This document shows, in pieces, positions 20,061-29,923 of a stretch of DNA of 58,239 nt (positions within the stretch are counted from its first letter, which is position 1; every line of letters starts with the position of its first letter). Source of the DNA: Desulfobaccales bacterium (GTDB taxonomy: Bacteria > Desulfobacterota > Desulfobaccia > Desulfobaccales > 0-14-0-80-60-11); contig JBKQVS010000065.1 in assembly GCA_052139855.1 (NCBI GenBank), forward strand, positions 1 to 58,239, in the 5' to 3' direction. A program made the position numbers and the translations under genes. The notes beneath the pieces are model-generated. The model did no database searches, was not told where the DNA came from, and was given only the letters and a program-made list of their open reading frames with translations.

Positions 20061-20450
20061 TCAGGCCTTGCCTTCCTGGATCACTTTCCGGTCATACGCC
20101 TGACGCACCTTCTCCAGCAACTCGTCCAGGGCCACGGGTTTCATGACATAATCGAAGGCCCCCAGTTGCATCCCCTGGATCCCCGATTCCACCGAGGCGT
20201 GGCCCGTGAGCATGATCACTTCCACCAGGGGTTTCTTCTTCTTGATCTCCCGCAACGTTTCAATCCCGTCCATCCCCGGCATCTTGACATCCAGAATGAT
20301 GACATCCACGTCTTGCTTATCCAGGAAGTCCAGCGCCTTGTAACCGCTCTCCACCCCGGTGGCCTCAATCTTTCTCGCTTTCAGCCGCTTGAGAATGGTC
20401 TCCAGAAAGTCCTGCTCATCATCCACAATCAGAATCTTGAATTTCTCCAT
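20061..20450 (-). CDS. Stand-alone response regulator receiver
   Basis: ILIVDDEQ, IILDVKMPGMDG, MLTGHA, YVMKP. Confidence 0.93.
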   Translation of the reverse strand: MEKFKILIVDDEQDFLETILKRLKARKIEATGVESGYKALDFLDKQDVDVIILDVKMPGMDGIETLREIKKKKPLVEVIMLTGHASVESGIQGMQLGAFDYVMKPVALDELLEKVRQAYDRKVIQEGKA

Positions 20451-20468
20451 TACAACCGCCTCCTCGGG

Positions 20469-22124
20469 TCATCTCACCGGCAAATAAATAGTAAAAGTGG
20501 TGCCCTGGCCTTCCTCGCTGGCCACCATGATCCTGCCGCCTAACTTTTCGATAATGCTGTAAGAAATGGATAAACCCAGGCCGGTGCCCTTGCCCACCTC
20601 TTTGGTGGTGAAAAAAGGATCGAAGATTTTTTGCAGCACCTCTTTGGAAATCCCCGGGCCGTTATCGCTGATCTCAACCAATATTTCGTTATTCTGCTTG
20701 ATAGTTCTGGTGTTGATGGTGATTTGTCCATCTTTGTCGATGGCGTCGATGCCATTGTTGATGATATTGAGAAATACCTGCTGCAACTGGGCCTGGTCCG
20801 TGGTGGTCAACGGCAGGTCCGGGGCGTAATTCGACTGGATCTCGATGCTCCGGTAGCGGGCCTCGTTCTTCAAAAACTCGATGCTCTCGTCCAGGATCTC
20901 GTTAATATTGACCCGCTCGGCCATCGGCTCCATCCGCCGGGCAAACCCCAACAGCCGGTGAGTCACCGTCTTGGCCCGCACCACGTGATACTCGATCTTG
21001 TTCACCGCATCCGACAGTTCCTGGAAGTTCTCACTTTCGGCCACATCCTCCATGCCCAGCAGATCCTTGATCCAACCCGCCTTCTCGCCGATCACCGCCA
21101 GGGGGTTGTTGATTTCATGGGCAATGCCCGCCGCCATTTTGCCCAGGGCCGCCATCTTGCTGGATTGGATCGCCATTTCATCGCTGGCCGCCTTCTTCCG
21201 GTCCATCCGCTGCAGTTCCTGCATCATCGCCCGGGTGGTGAAATACGCCCCGATAATGATGAGCACCAGGCCCCCTAAAGCGATTAAACCCGCCAGGAAC
21301 CTGGCTTGCAACAGCGGTGTCAGTTGCTCCGTGGGCGCTTCCCGGATTATTAAGACCCACTTTTTCAGCTTGACGATGCTGGTGGCATAAAGGCAGGTCT
21401 CCCCCTGAAAGTCCACCTCCTCCACTGCGGTGCCGGTGGCCGCGGCAAAATTGGGCGCCTTGGGGGACTCCATGACCTTGCCCCCGAAACGCGGCGTGGT
21501 TTGCAGCACGTTTTCCCGGTTGACGATAAAGGCGTCGCCTTTCTTGCCGATCCAGGCGGCCCGCACGATATTGTCAATGATGTTTGAGTCGATGGTGGCC
21601 CTGAGGATCCAACTCCGGTTCTTCTCCCGCACCATAACGGCAATGATGAAATGGGGAACTTTCCTGAATCCCAGAAACACATCGCTGACGTACACCCCGG
21701 TGGCCATCACTTCATGAAACCATTCCTCATCCTTGTAATTTACTTTTTTCAGGATGCTGTAATGTGGTCCCACATAGGCCAGGTGGTTCCCTTCCTCGTC
21801 GATGATCCCCAGATCCAAAAATGACTTGGACCGGGTCTGGATGATATTGAAAACCCGGTTTAAATAATCTTCGTCCTGCAACTGCTGCAAGGCATGAGTA
21901 TGTGCCAGACCCGTCAACTGCGAAATCCGTTCCTCCAGAAACAGGTCAATGGAGGCGGCCCGGTTCTCCGCCAGGGTCTTCATATTGTCCATGATCTTGG
22001 CGGTATAGGACACGCTGAACTGATGATAGATCACCCCTCCCAGGATAAAGAGCGGCACCACCGAAAAACACACGGTGGCCAGGATGATGTCCCACCATAA
22101 TTTCCGGTACTGTTGCGCTTCCAT
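20469..22124 (-). CDS. Cache-domain sensor histidine kinase
   Basis: Two [11 protein letters not shown]...[12 protein letters not shown] Cache signature, AHEINNPL. Confidence 0.92.
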   Translation of the reverse strand: MEAQQYRKLWWDIILATVCFSVVPLFILGGVIYHQFSVSYTAKIMDNMKTLAENRAASIDLFLEERISQLTGLAHTHALQQLQDEDYLNRVFNIIQTRSKSFLDLGIIDEEGNHLAYVGPHYSILKKVNYKDEEWFHEVMATGVYVSDVFLGFRKVPHFIIAVMVREKNRSWILRATIDSNIIDNIVRAAWIGKKGDAFIVNRENVLQTTPRFGGKVMESPKAPNFAAATGTAVEEVDFQGETCLYATSIVKLKKWVLIIREAPTEQLTPLLQARFLAGLIALGGLVLIIIGAYFTTRAMMQELQRMDRKKAASDEMAIQSSKMAALGKMAAGIAHEINNPLAVIGEKAGWIKDLLGMEDVAESENFQELSDAVNKIEYHVVRAKTVTHRLLGFARRMEPMAERVNINEILDESIEFLKNEARYRSIEIQSNYAPDLPLTTTDQAQLQQVFLNIINNGIDAIDKDGQITINTRTIKQNNEILVEISDNGPGISKEVLQKIFDPFFTTKEVGKGTGLGLSISYSIIEKLGGRIMVASEEGQGTTFTIYLPVR

Positions 22125-22221
22125 CAGTGCCCCTTTACCTCACGTGGCCTATAAGACCCGGGCGGCCTGCCGGTTCGGCCCAACCCGGGGCATGCAAACA
22201 TACCAGCCCATGCATATCCTA

Positions 22222-22238
22222 AGCAATGGTCGTTCCAA
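22222..22238 (-). promoter_or_regulatory. Sigma-54 -24/-12 promoter
   Basis: Minus strand TTGGAACGACCATTGCT (GG-N10-GC). Confidence 0.75.
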
Positions 22239-22331
22239 CCCCGCCGGTCCGGCTGATTCAAGCTAACTGATGAAATAAATAAGGAAAAAATGCTGATCCG
22301 CCGGATCGGGGCGCGCCTCTGCCTTGAACAT

Positions 22332-22360
22332 CTGTCAACATTTTTTACAGATTGTAAAGG
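22332..22360. promoter_or_regulatory. Putative enhancer (UAS), copy 3
   Basis: CTGTCAACATTTTTTACAGATTGTAAAGG. Confidence 0.75.
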
Positions 22361-22562
22361 GGCAATCACATCTGTAACCCTTTTTGTTATAATTAATCGC
22401 ATCCTAACGGCAGTGCTCAAACGATGTCAAGTGAAGTTAGGGCCATCCGGCGACGCGCCGATTCCCCTTGAATCTCCCGTCACTCTGGGCTAAAGTTTTA
22501 AGGGAAGCCAATTTTTCGGTCCCGGGGGCAGACCCGGCCGCACCCCGAAAAGCGAGAGGTCC

Positions 22563-24002
22563 ATGAAGCACTACGAAGACCCCACCTGGATCCGGAGCAT
22601 GCAGTTGAGCCTGGACCACAATTATGCCATGGCGGAGTTCCTGGGAGCTATCGGCCTGAAAGAAACCGACCTGCACGGCCTGGCCCCCCGGCTGGAGGCG
22701 TTCCATCAAGGCCTGCCCGCCCGCCGCGACAGCGGCCAGATGGGGTTCATGGAACTGCCCTACCAGACCCAGGTCGTCAAAGAGGTTCGCCGGGTTGCCA
22801 AACCGCTGCTGGAGTGGTGCTGGGATCTGGTGGTGCTGGGCATCGGCGGCTCCGCCCTGGGCGCCCGGGCCCTCCATCAGGCCTTGTGCCATCCTCAGCA
22901 CAACAAGTTCCCCATGGCCCGCCGCCACCTGAAGCTCGGACTCTGGGTCGCCGACAACATTGATCCCGACCACCTCTACGGCCTGCTGGACGGCCTGGAT
23001 ATGCGCCGCACCGCCTTCAACGTCATCAGCAAATCCGGCAATACCGCCGAAACCCTGGCCCAGTTCCTGTGGATCTACAAACTCTTAAAGGGCCGGGTGG
23101 GCGAAGCCAAGGCCCGGGAGCGCCTCGTCCTCACCACCGACCCGGAACAGGGGCCCCTCCGGAGCCTGGCGGCTCGGGAGCACCTGGCTTCCCTGGCCGT
23201 TCCCCCCAATGTCGGCGGCCGCTTCTCGGTCCTCTCCGCCGTGGGACTCCTGCCTGCCGTTCTCGCCGGCATCGACGTCGAGGAACTCCTGGCCGGGGCC
23301 CGGTTCATGGATCAGCGCCTGAAAGACGCCGCGCCCGGCCAAAATCCGGCCTATCGCCTGGCCGCCCTCTTCTATCTCTTTGCCACCGCCAAAGCCCGGC
23401 CCATCCTGGTGTTCATGCCCTACGCCAGCGCCCTGGCCGGCATGGCGGATTGGTTCGGTCAACTCTGGGCCGAAAGCCTGGGAAAGCGCCAGGATCTCCA
23501 GGGCAAAGTCGTTAATGCCGGCAGCACCCCGGTCCGGGCCCTGGGAACCACCGACCAGCATTCCCAATTGCAGCTTTACATGGAAGGGCCTCCCGACAAG
23601 CTGATCACCTTCTTGGCCGTGGATAAGTTCAAGCATCACCTGGAGATCCCGAACCTCTATCCCGATCAGGAAGCCCTGAGCTACCTGGGCGGCCACTCCC
23701 TGGATGAACTGCTCCGGGTGGAGCGTCAGGCCACCGCCTTTAACCTCATGAAGGCCGGACGGCCCAACCTGACCCTGCACCTGCCCGAGATCAATCCCTT
23801 CACCATCGGGCAATTAATCTACCTCCTGGAAGCAGTGACGGTGGTGGCCGGCTCTCTCTTCGGGGTCAATGCCTTCGACCAGCCGGGCGTCGAGGGGGGC
23901 AAACAGACGACCTATGGCCTCATGGGCCGGCGCGGCTTCGAAAACTATCACCGCGAATTTGCCGAAGCCCCGCCCCCTTTGGAGAAATACCGGATTGCCT
24001 GA
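22563..24002 (+). CDS. pgi: Glucose-6-phosphate isomerase
   Basis: LGIGGSALG, ISKSGNTAET, VGGRFSVLS, QLWAESLGK, DQHSQLQ, AFDQPGVE. Confidence 0.96.
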   Translation: MKHYEDPTWIRSMQLSLDHNYAMAEFLGAIGLKETDLHGLAPRLEAFHQGLPARRDSGQMGFMELPYQTQVVKEVRRVAKPLLEWCWDLVVLGIGGSALGARALHQALCHPQHNKFPMARRHLKLGLWVADNIDPDHLYGLLDGLDMRRTAFNVISKSGNTAETLAQFLWIYKLLKGRVGEAKARERLVLTTDPEQGPLRSLAAREHLASLAVPPNVGGRFSVLSAVGLLPAVLAGIDVEELLAGARFMDQRLKDAAPGQNPAYRLAALFYLFATAKARPILVFMPYASALAGMADWFGQLWAESLGKRQDLQGKVVNAGSTPVRALGTTDQHSQLQLYMEGPPDKLITFLAVDKFKHHLEIPNLYPDQEALSYLGGHSLDELLRVERQATAFNLMKAGRPNLTLHLPEINPFTIGQLIYLLEAVTVVAGSLFGVNAFDQPGVEGGKQTTYGLMGRRGFENYHREFAEAPPPLEKYRIA

Positions 24003-24008
24003 ACCGTC

Positions 24009-25472
24009 ATGAAGCCCCTGAAACTCACTACCTCCTGGTGGCGCCCGGGGAAAGACCTGGACACCTTCGGCCTGGTCAAATTTTTCTCCTTGCCCGGCTT
24101 CGTGGTCATCCTGGTCTTTACCGTCATCCTCACGGTGCTCCTGACCCTCCGGGCCCAGCAGATGACCCTGAAGAAAAACGAAGACTATCTCATCCTCCTG
24201 GCCTCCAACCTGAACCACCAGATCTATCAGCAATTCGTCCTGCCCACCGCCTTCGAAAAGGGCGGGCGCATTACTCTGTCCGACCCGGAGCAATCCCAGC
24301 GCCTCGACATGGTGGTCCGTACCACCATCCATGGCTTTCACGTGGAGCAACTGAACCAGTACGATCAGGAGGGCGTCTTCTCCTATAGCACCGCCCAACT
24401 GCCCCTGGGAAAAAAATGTGACGATGTCGTGGGGGTGAAACGGGCCCTGGCCGGAGAAAATTACTTCGAGTTACCCGGCTACAGCCCTTTCTGGAGCATC
24501 TTCTGGCCTCGCAGTTACCGTCACCAGAACCTTAAGGCTTACATCCCCTTCCGGCTGGAGCAGAAGCTCGCCCCCCAGTCCGGTCCGGTGGTGGGTGTCA
24601 TTGAGATTGACCAGAATATCTCCGGGGACCTGGCCGAAATCGCCAACTTCCGCCTGATCATTTTGATCACCCTGGTGGTGATCATGGGCCTGTTATTTCT
24701 GGTCTTGCGCCAAATCGTCAAACAGGCCGGCATCATCCTGCAGCGCCGCCAGGAAGAGCAGCGCCGCCTGGAAGGCCAGCTCCACCAGTCCGAGCGCCTG
24801 GCCGCCCTGGGCGAGATGACCGCCGGCGTTGCCCACGAGGTCCGCAATCCCCTCGGGATCATCAGCTCCACCGCCGAACTCTTGCAGGAACGCCTGGCCC
24901 GCTATGAGCCCCAAAATCGCCTGGCCCGGATCATCGTCGAAGAGTCCAACCGCCTCAATGAGAAAGTCACGGAATTCTTGGATTTTGCCCGGCCCCGCAT
25001 TCCCAACCTCCGCCCCTGCGATCTCGAGGCGACCCTGGACCGCGGCCTGGAATTGCTGGCCCCCGAGATCGACCGCCTGGGCATCACCGTCACCCGGGAA
25101 TATCAGCTCAACGGCCGGGCCCTCATCGTCGATCAGGATCTCTTGTACCAGGCCTTCTTGAATATTTTCCTCAATGCCATCCAGGCCATGCCCCACGGCG
25201 GTCACCTCACCGTGTTCACCTCCCCCGGTCCCCGCGCCCAGGGGGGACAAATCCGCTTCCAGGATGATGGGGAAGGCATTGAGCCCGAGGCCTTGCATAA
25301 GATCTTCAACCCGTTTTTCACCACCAAGGAAAAAGGTAGCGGCCTGGGACTGCCCATCGTCAAAAGCATCATCGAAGCCCATCAGGGGACCTTGGATATC
25401 AGCAGCACGGCGGGGGCCGGCACCACCATCACCATTACTATTCCCGCCTTGGCCCTGCAAAAAGTAAGTTGA
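24009..25472 (+). CDS. Membrane sensor histidine kinase
   Basis: Two TM, AHEVRNPL, FFTTKEKGSGLGL. Confidence 0.93.
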   Translation: MKPLKLTTSWWRPGKDLDTFGLVKFFSLPGFVVILVFTVILTVLLTLRAQQMTLKKNEDYLILLASNLNHQIYQQFVLPTAFEKGGRITLSDPEQSQRLDMVVRTTIHGFHVEQLNQYDQEGVFSYSTAQLPLGKKCDDVVGVKRALAGENYFELPGYSPFWSIFWPRSYRHQNLKAYIPFRLEQKLAPQSGPVVGVIEIDQNISGDLAEIANFRLIILITLVVIMGLLFLVLRQIVKQAGIILQRRQEEQRRLEGQLHQSERLAALGEMTAGVAHEVRNPLGIISSTAELLQERLARYEPQNRLARIIVEESNRLNEKVTEFLDFARPRIPNLRPCDLEATLDRGLELLAPEIDRLGITVTREYQLNGRALIVDQDLLYQAFLNIFLNAIQAMPHGGHLTVFTSPGPRAQGGQIRFQDDGEGIEPEALHKIFNPFFTTKEKGSGLGLPIVKSIIEAHQGTLDISSTAGAGTTITITIPALALQKVS

Positions 25473-25531
25473 CCCGTGCGCCCGCGTGATCGTTTCGCGC
25501 CCGGCCACGCCCAAAGCGAGTCCAGACCACC

Positions 25532-26902
25532 ATGGATACGATCCTAGTCGTTGATGACGAAAGCAACTATCTCACCGTCATGGAGGCCCTCCTGGGGGAG
25601 GCCGGCTATGAGGTCCTCACCGCCCCCAGCGCCATCGAGGCCGTCAAGATTGCCGCGGCCTCCGATCTGGACCTCGTCCTCACCGACATGAAGATGCCCA
25701 AGATGAGCGGTATCGAGCTCTTGGACCAATTACAGCGCCTCTACCCGGACCTGCCGGTGATCATCATGACCGCTTTCGGCACCGTGGAAAAAGCGGTCAC
25801 CGCCATGAAAAAAGGCGCCTTCGATTACATCCTCAAGCCCTTTAAGAATGATGAAATCCTGGTGACCATCGCCAAGGCCCTGGATCACCGCCACCTCATC
25901 CTCAAGAATCGCCTCCTCAACCAGGAATTGGACAAAAAATACGGCTTCCCCACCATCGTGGGAACCTCCCGGGTCATGGAGGACATCCTGGCCCTGGTCA
26001 AACGGGTGGCCGGGTCCCGGGCCACGGTCCTCATCACCGGGGAAAGCGGCACCGGCAAGGAACTCATCGCCCGGGCCATCCACCAGGTGAGCAACCGGGC
26101 CGCCAAAAGCTTCATCTCCGTCAACTGCGCCGCCCTGACCGAAACCCTGCTCGAGAGCGAACTCTTCGGCCACGAACGCGGCGCCTTCACCCACGCCGTG
26201 GCCATGCGCAAGGGCCGCTTCGAACTCGCCGACACCGGCACCCTCTTCATGGACGAAGTCGCGGAAATGTCCCAGGGCCTCCAGGTCAAGCTCCTGCGCG
26301 TCCTCCAGGAGATGGAGTTCGAACGCGTCGGCGGCGCCCGCACCATCAAGGTGGACGTCCGGGTGGTGGCCGCCTCCAACCGGGATCTCAAAGAGGAGGT
26401 GGAGGCCGGCCGCTTCCGGGAGGACCTGTTCTATCGCCTCAACGTGGTCCACCTCCATCTGCCTCCCCTGCGCCAGCGCCAGGAAGACATCCCCCTCCTG
26501 GCGGCCCATTTCATTAAAAAATATGTCCAGGAAAACCTCCGGGACAAGACCCATATCACCCCGGAAGCCTTGAAAGTCCTGATCCACTATGCCTGGCCGG
26601 GGAACGTCCGGGAGTTGGAAAACGTCATGGAGCGGGCCGTTATTCTCTGTAGCAACAACGTCATCAGCCCCCAGGACCTGCCCGCCGAGCTGGCCCCGGC
26701 CCCGGCCGAGTCCCGGCTGGACGTTGACCGCTTCATCCCCCTCAACACCCCGTTGCCCGAGGCCCTGGACGCCATCGAGGAGCAGATGATCCGCCGGGCC
26801 CTGGAAAAGAGCGGCCAGGTCCAGGTCCGGGCCGCCGAACTCCTGGGCATCACCAAAAGCCTGCTCCAGTACAAGCTGAAAAAATACCATTTAACTACCT
26901 AA
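25532..26902 (+). CDS. NtrC/AtoC-family sigma-54-dependent response regulator
   Basis: Receiver, GESGTGKE, GAFTHA (variant GAFTGA), [11 protein letters not shown]. Confidence 0.95.
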   Translation: MDTILVVDDESNYLTVMEALLGEAGYEVLTAPSAIEAVKIAAASDLDLVLTDMKMPKMSGIELLDQLQRLYPDLPVIIMTAFGTVEKAVTAMKKGAFDYILKPFKNDEILVTIAKALDHRHLILKNRLLNQELDKKYGFPTIVGTSRVMEDILALVKRVAGSRATVLITGESGTGKELIARAIHQVSNRAAKSFISVNCAALTETLLESELFGHERGAFTHAVAMRKGRFELADTGTLFMDEVAEMSQGLQVKLLRVLQEMEFERVGGARTIKVDVRVVAASNRDLKEEVEAGRFREDLFYRLNVVHLHLPPLRQRQEDIPLLAAHFIKKYVQENLRDKTHITPEALKVLIHYAWPGNVRELENVMERAVILCSNNVISPQDLPAELAPAPAESRLDVDRFIPLNTPLPEALDAIEEQMIRRALEKSGQVQVRAAELLGITKSLLQYKLKKYHLTT

Positions 26903-27011
26903 ATCAGGTTTATGGTGCGTTATAAGCACCATGATGAGACTTCAAATTCCATCCCCGATCTTTAATGATTATTGGTAAGACTATATGATGGATTTTGGAG
27001 AATAAATCATT

Positions 27012-27423
27012 ATGAAAATAATTATCACGATGATTGTGGTTCTATTAATCTTTACTTATATTGTATTTTTTAGAATGGGAGGCATTAAATATCAAGTTAA
27101 ATATTATCTAAAAAAATTATGCTAAATTACGACGTCAGGGGCAGTCAAAAGAAGATGCAATAAAATATCTAATGAATTTTTACCTTCAAGGTGAACCTCC
27201 TTGGAAAGTGGAATTTATGAATAGTAGATATAATGATTATTTGAATAATTTTGATGAACTTATCTATGATATTATGACATTTTATTATAATATTGATCCA
27301 AAGCTTAAAGTTTGGAAAGTAGATAAAGGCAAATCACCGGTGCCAGAATATATTATATCCCAACGTGTTGAAAAATATTTAAATGTCTACAAGAAAAAAT
27401 ATGGGATCATCGAAAATCATTAA
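27012..27423 (+). pseudogene. AT-rich hypothetical gene frameshifted at an A7 run (27110-27116)
   Basis: GGAG RBS + ATG 27012 encoding a TM segment; removing one A joins it in frame to ORF 27172..27423. Confidence 0.55.
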
Positions 27424-27462
27424 TAGTCATTAGGATTATATTAAAGACAATAGACAATTATT

Positions 27463-27906
27463 ATGAATAATTTTAAAGAAAATGAAAGATTAAATGTAGC
27501 ATTGAAATTATACAACGATATCAGACAAGACATTGCGTTTTGCAAAGGATTACAATTTAAAATAACATATTATACTTTTGCAATTATAGCTGGAATTGAT
27601 TATCTTTCAAGGGATATAACATTAAATGAATATGCTTTTATAATAAGATTTATTTTGTATTTTTTAATATCATATTTATCATATAAATTCATTTGGAAAA
27701 TTGAAGGCGATTTAAGAAAGAATAGAAAATATATCGAAGCTATGAAAGATAAATGTCCTATAATAAGAATTTTATTAAACGAACAAGATATAGATAAGAA
27801 TGAGATTTTATCTCAGAGATATAAGATTGAATATCCAAGACTATATTCTTGTTTAGTATTTGGATGTTCTGGAATATTTTGGATATTTTCATTAATGAGA
27901 AATTAA
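27463..27906 (+). CDS. AT-rich hypothetical membrane protein (about 3 TM)
   Basis: 147-aa ORF in very AT-rich DNA, hydrophobic segments. Confidence 0.65.
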   Translation: MNNFKENERLNVALKLYNDIRQDIAFCKGLQFKITYYTFAIIAGIDYLSRDITLNEYAFIIRFILYFLISYLSYKFIWKIEGDLRKNRKYIEAMKDKCPIIRILLNEQDIDKNEILSQRYKIEYPRLYSCLVFGCSGIFWIFSLMRN

Positions 27907-27944
27907 TATCATCAAATAGGATTTTACTAAGATCCGGAGGCGTA

Positions 27945-29414
27945 GTGAAACCCGAAAACTTCCCCGACGACATCCGGCCCCACCTCATCCCCGCCCCCAC
28001 CGGGGACCTGGTCTACCGCTGTTTGGAGTGCGGCCGCGAATATGACATCACCCAACTCCTCTACACCTGCCCCCACTGCCGCGGCTTGTTCATGCTCGAG
28101 AATAAGGCCGAATCTCGCCTTACGAAAAACGGGGCCTTCTGGCGCCGCCTCTTCGACTATCGTAAGATGCTCAACCTCCCGGCCCTGAGCGGCATCTTCC
28201 TCTATTACGAACTCATCGCCCCGGTCATCCCCCTGGCCGACATCATCTACCTGGGCGAAGGCCACACCCCCCAGGTGGCCGCCAATGCCGACCTGGCCTC
28301 CGAAATCGGCGCGCCTTTTTATTTCAAGAACGACGGCCAGAACCCCAGCGCCTCCTTCAAAGACCGGGGCATGGCCGCGGCCTTAAGCTACCTCAACTTC
28401 CTGGTGCATCAGCCCGGCGCCGGCAAGATCCTGGCCATCTGCGCCTCCACCGGCGACACCTCCGCCGCCGCCGCCCTCTACTCCGCCTACCTGGGAGACC
28501 GGGTCGCCTCCGCGGTCATCCTGCCCCAAGGCAAGGTCACGCCCCAGCAACTGGCCCAACCCCTGGGCAGCGGCGCCCGCGTCCTCGAAATCCCCGGCGT
28601 CTTCGACGACTGCATGAAAGTGGTGGAGGCCCTGGCCGACAACTACCAGGTGGCCCTGCTCAATTCCAAAAACTCCTGGCGCATCCGGGGCCAGGAGTCC
28701 TATGCCTACGAGATCGCCCAAACCTTCGACTATGACCTTACGAACAAAACCGTGGTGGTGCCCATCGGCAACGCCGGCAACATCACCGCCATCATGCAGG
28801 GCTTTCTCCGCCTCCACGATCTGGCCATCATCGACACCCTGCCCCGGATCGTCGGGGTCCAGTCCCGCCACGCCGATCCGGTCTTCCGCTACTACCTGGA
28901 GCCCAACGCCGCCAAGCGCGTCTTTGTGCCGGTAACGGTTCAAGCCAGTGTGGCCCAGGCCGCCATGATCGGCAACCCCGTGTCCATGCCCCGGGTGATC
29001 CGCCTGGCCGAGGAGTATCACCGCCGCGCCGGGGCCGGCGGCGTCGCCGTGGTCCACGTCAGCGAACAGGAGATCATGGACTCCATGCTCCTGGCCAACC
29101 GCCACGGCCATATCGCCTGCACCCAGGGGGGCGAATCCCTGGCCGGCCTCCGGGTGGCTCTGACGGAAAGTCTGCTGGAAAAGTCCGAAACCGCGGTGCT
29201 GGACGCCACCGCCCACCACCTGAAATTCATCGGCTTCCAGCAGATGTACTTCGAAGACTCCTTCCCGCCGGAATTCGAAGTCACCCCCAAACCGGAGTAC
29301 CAGAACCGGCCCCAACTGTTGACGCCTAAGACCCAAGACCCGGAGCAGAAGACCTTGGACCTGGCCGGCCAAATCGCCGCCTTGCTCAAGTTGACCCCCA
29401 AAGCCGGGAAGTAA
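27945..29414 (+). CDS. thrC: Threonine synthase
   Basis: LGEGHTP, NPSASFKDRG (PLP Lys), CASTGDTSAAAA, VPIGNAGN; GGAGG + GTG at 27945. Confidence 0.93.
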   Translation: MKPENFPDDIRPHLIPAPTGDLVYRCLECGREYDITQLLYTCPHCRGLFMLENKAESRLTKNGAFWRRLFDYRKMLNLPALSGIFLYYELIAPVIPLADIIYLGEGHTPQVAANADLASEIGAPFYFKNDGQNPSASFKDRGMAAALSYLNFLVHQPGAGKILAICASTGDTSAAAALYSAYLGDRVASAVILPQGKVTPQQLAQPLGSGARVLEIPGVFDDCMKVVEALADNYQVALLNSKNSWRIRGQESYAYEIAQTFDYDLTNKTVVVPIGNAGNITAIMQGFLRLHDLAIIDTLPRIVGVQSRHADPVFRYYLEPNAAKRVFVPVTVQASVAQAAMIGNPVSMPRVIRLAEEYHRRAGAGGVAVVHVSEQEIMDSMLLANRHGHIACTQGGESLAGLRVALTESLLEKSETAVLDATAHHLKFIGFQQMYFEDSFPPEFEVTPKPEYQNRPQLLTPKTQDPEQKTLDLAGQIAALLKLTPKAGK

Positions 29415-29533
29415 GCTTAACCGGCGGCCAGGGGGGATACACCATTCCACCTCGTAACCCCCTCCCCCATGGAGGGGCCGAACGCAGCAGCTTATAAAAC
29501 CCTCTGACGAATAATTCGCTGCAAGGAGGCCTT

Positions 29534-29923
29534 ATGGCATTAACCGTAGGTATGACCCATGAAATGCGGCTCAAAACCGGCCCGGAGCACACCGCCCAAA
29601 AATTCTTCCCCAAAGTCCCCGATGTCTTCGGCACCCCCTTCCTGGGAGGGCTGTTCGAGGGCGTCAGCGCCGCCTTGATGGCCCCCCACCTGGAGCCCGG
29701 CGAGACCTCCGTGGGCATCTCCATGAACCTGAAACATACCGCCCCCACCCCCCTGGGCATGGAAGTCCGGGTCGTCACCGAGGTCACCCAGGTGGACGGC
29801 CGCAAGATCACCTTCAAGGTGGAGGGCTTTGACGAGAAAGAAAAGATTGGCGAGGCCGTCCACGAACGTTTTATAATCAATGAAGCGAAGTTTAATCAGC
29901 GCGTGGAGGCCAAAAAGACCTGA
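29534..29923 (+). CDS. Hotdog-fold thioesterase, fluoroacetyl-CoA thioesterase (FlK)-like
   Basis: VFGTP...FE, SVG....KHTAPTPLG, GEAVHERFII. Confidence 0.85.
   Translation: MALTVGMTHEMRLKTGPEHTAQKFFPKVPDVFGTPFLGGLFEGVSAALMAPHLEPGETSVGISMNLKHTAPTPLGMEVRVVTEVTQVDGRKITFKVEGFDEKEKIGEAVHERFIINEAKFNQRVEAKKT

Noticed and set aside
26905-27930. Integron cassette array
   Set aside because: No convincing attC sites or integrase seen by eye.
27849-27944. N-terminal extension of thrC in the ORF track
   Set aside because: Lies in the AT-rich islet; a better RBS and GTG start exist at 27945.
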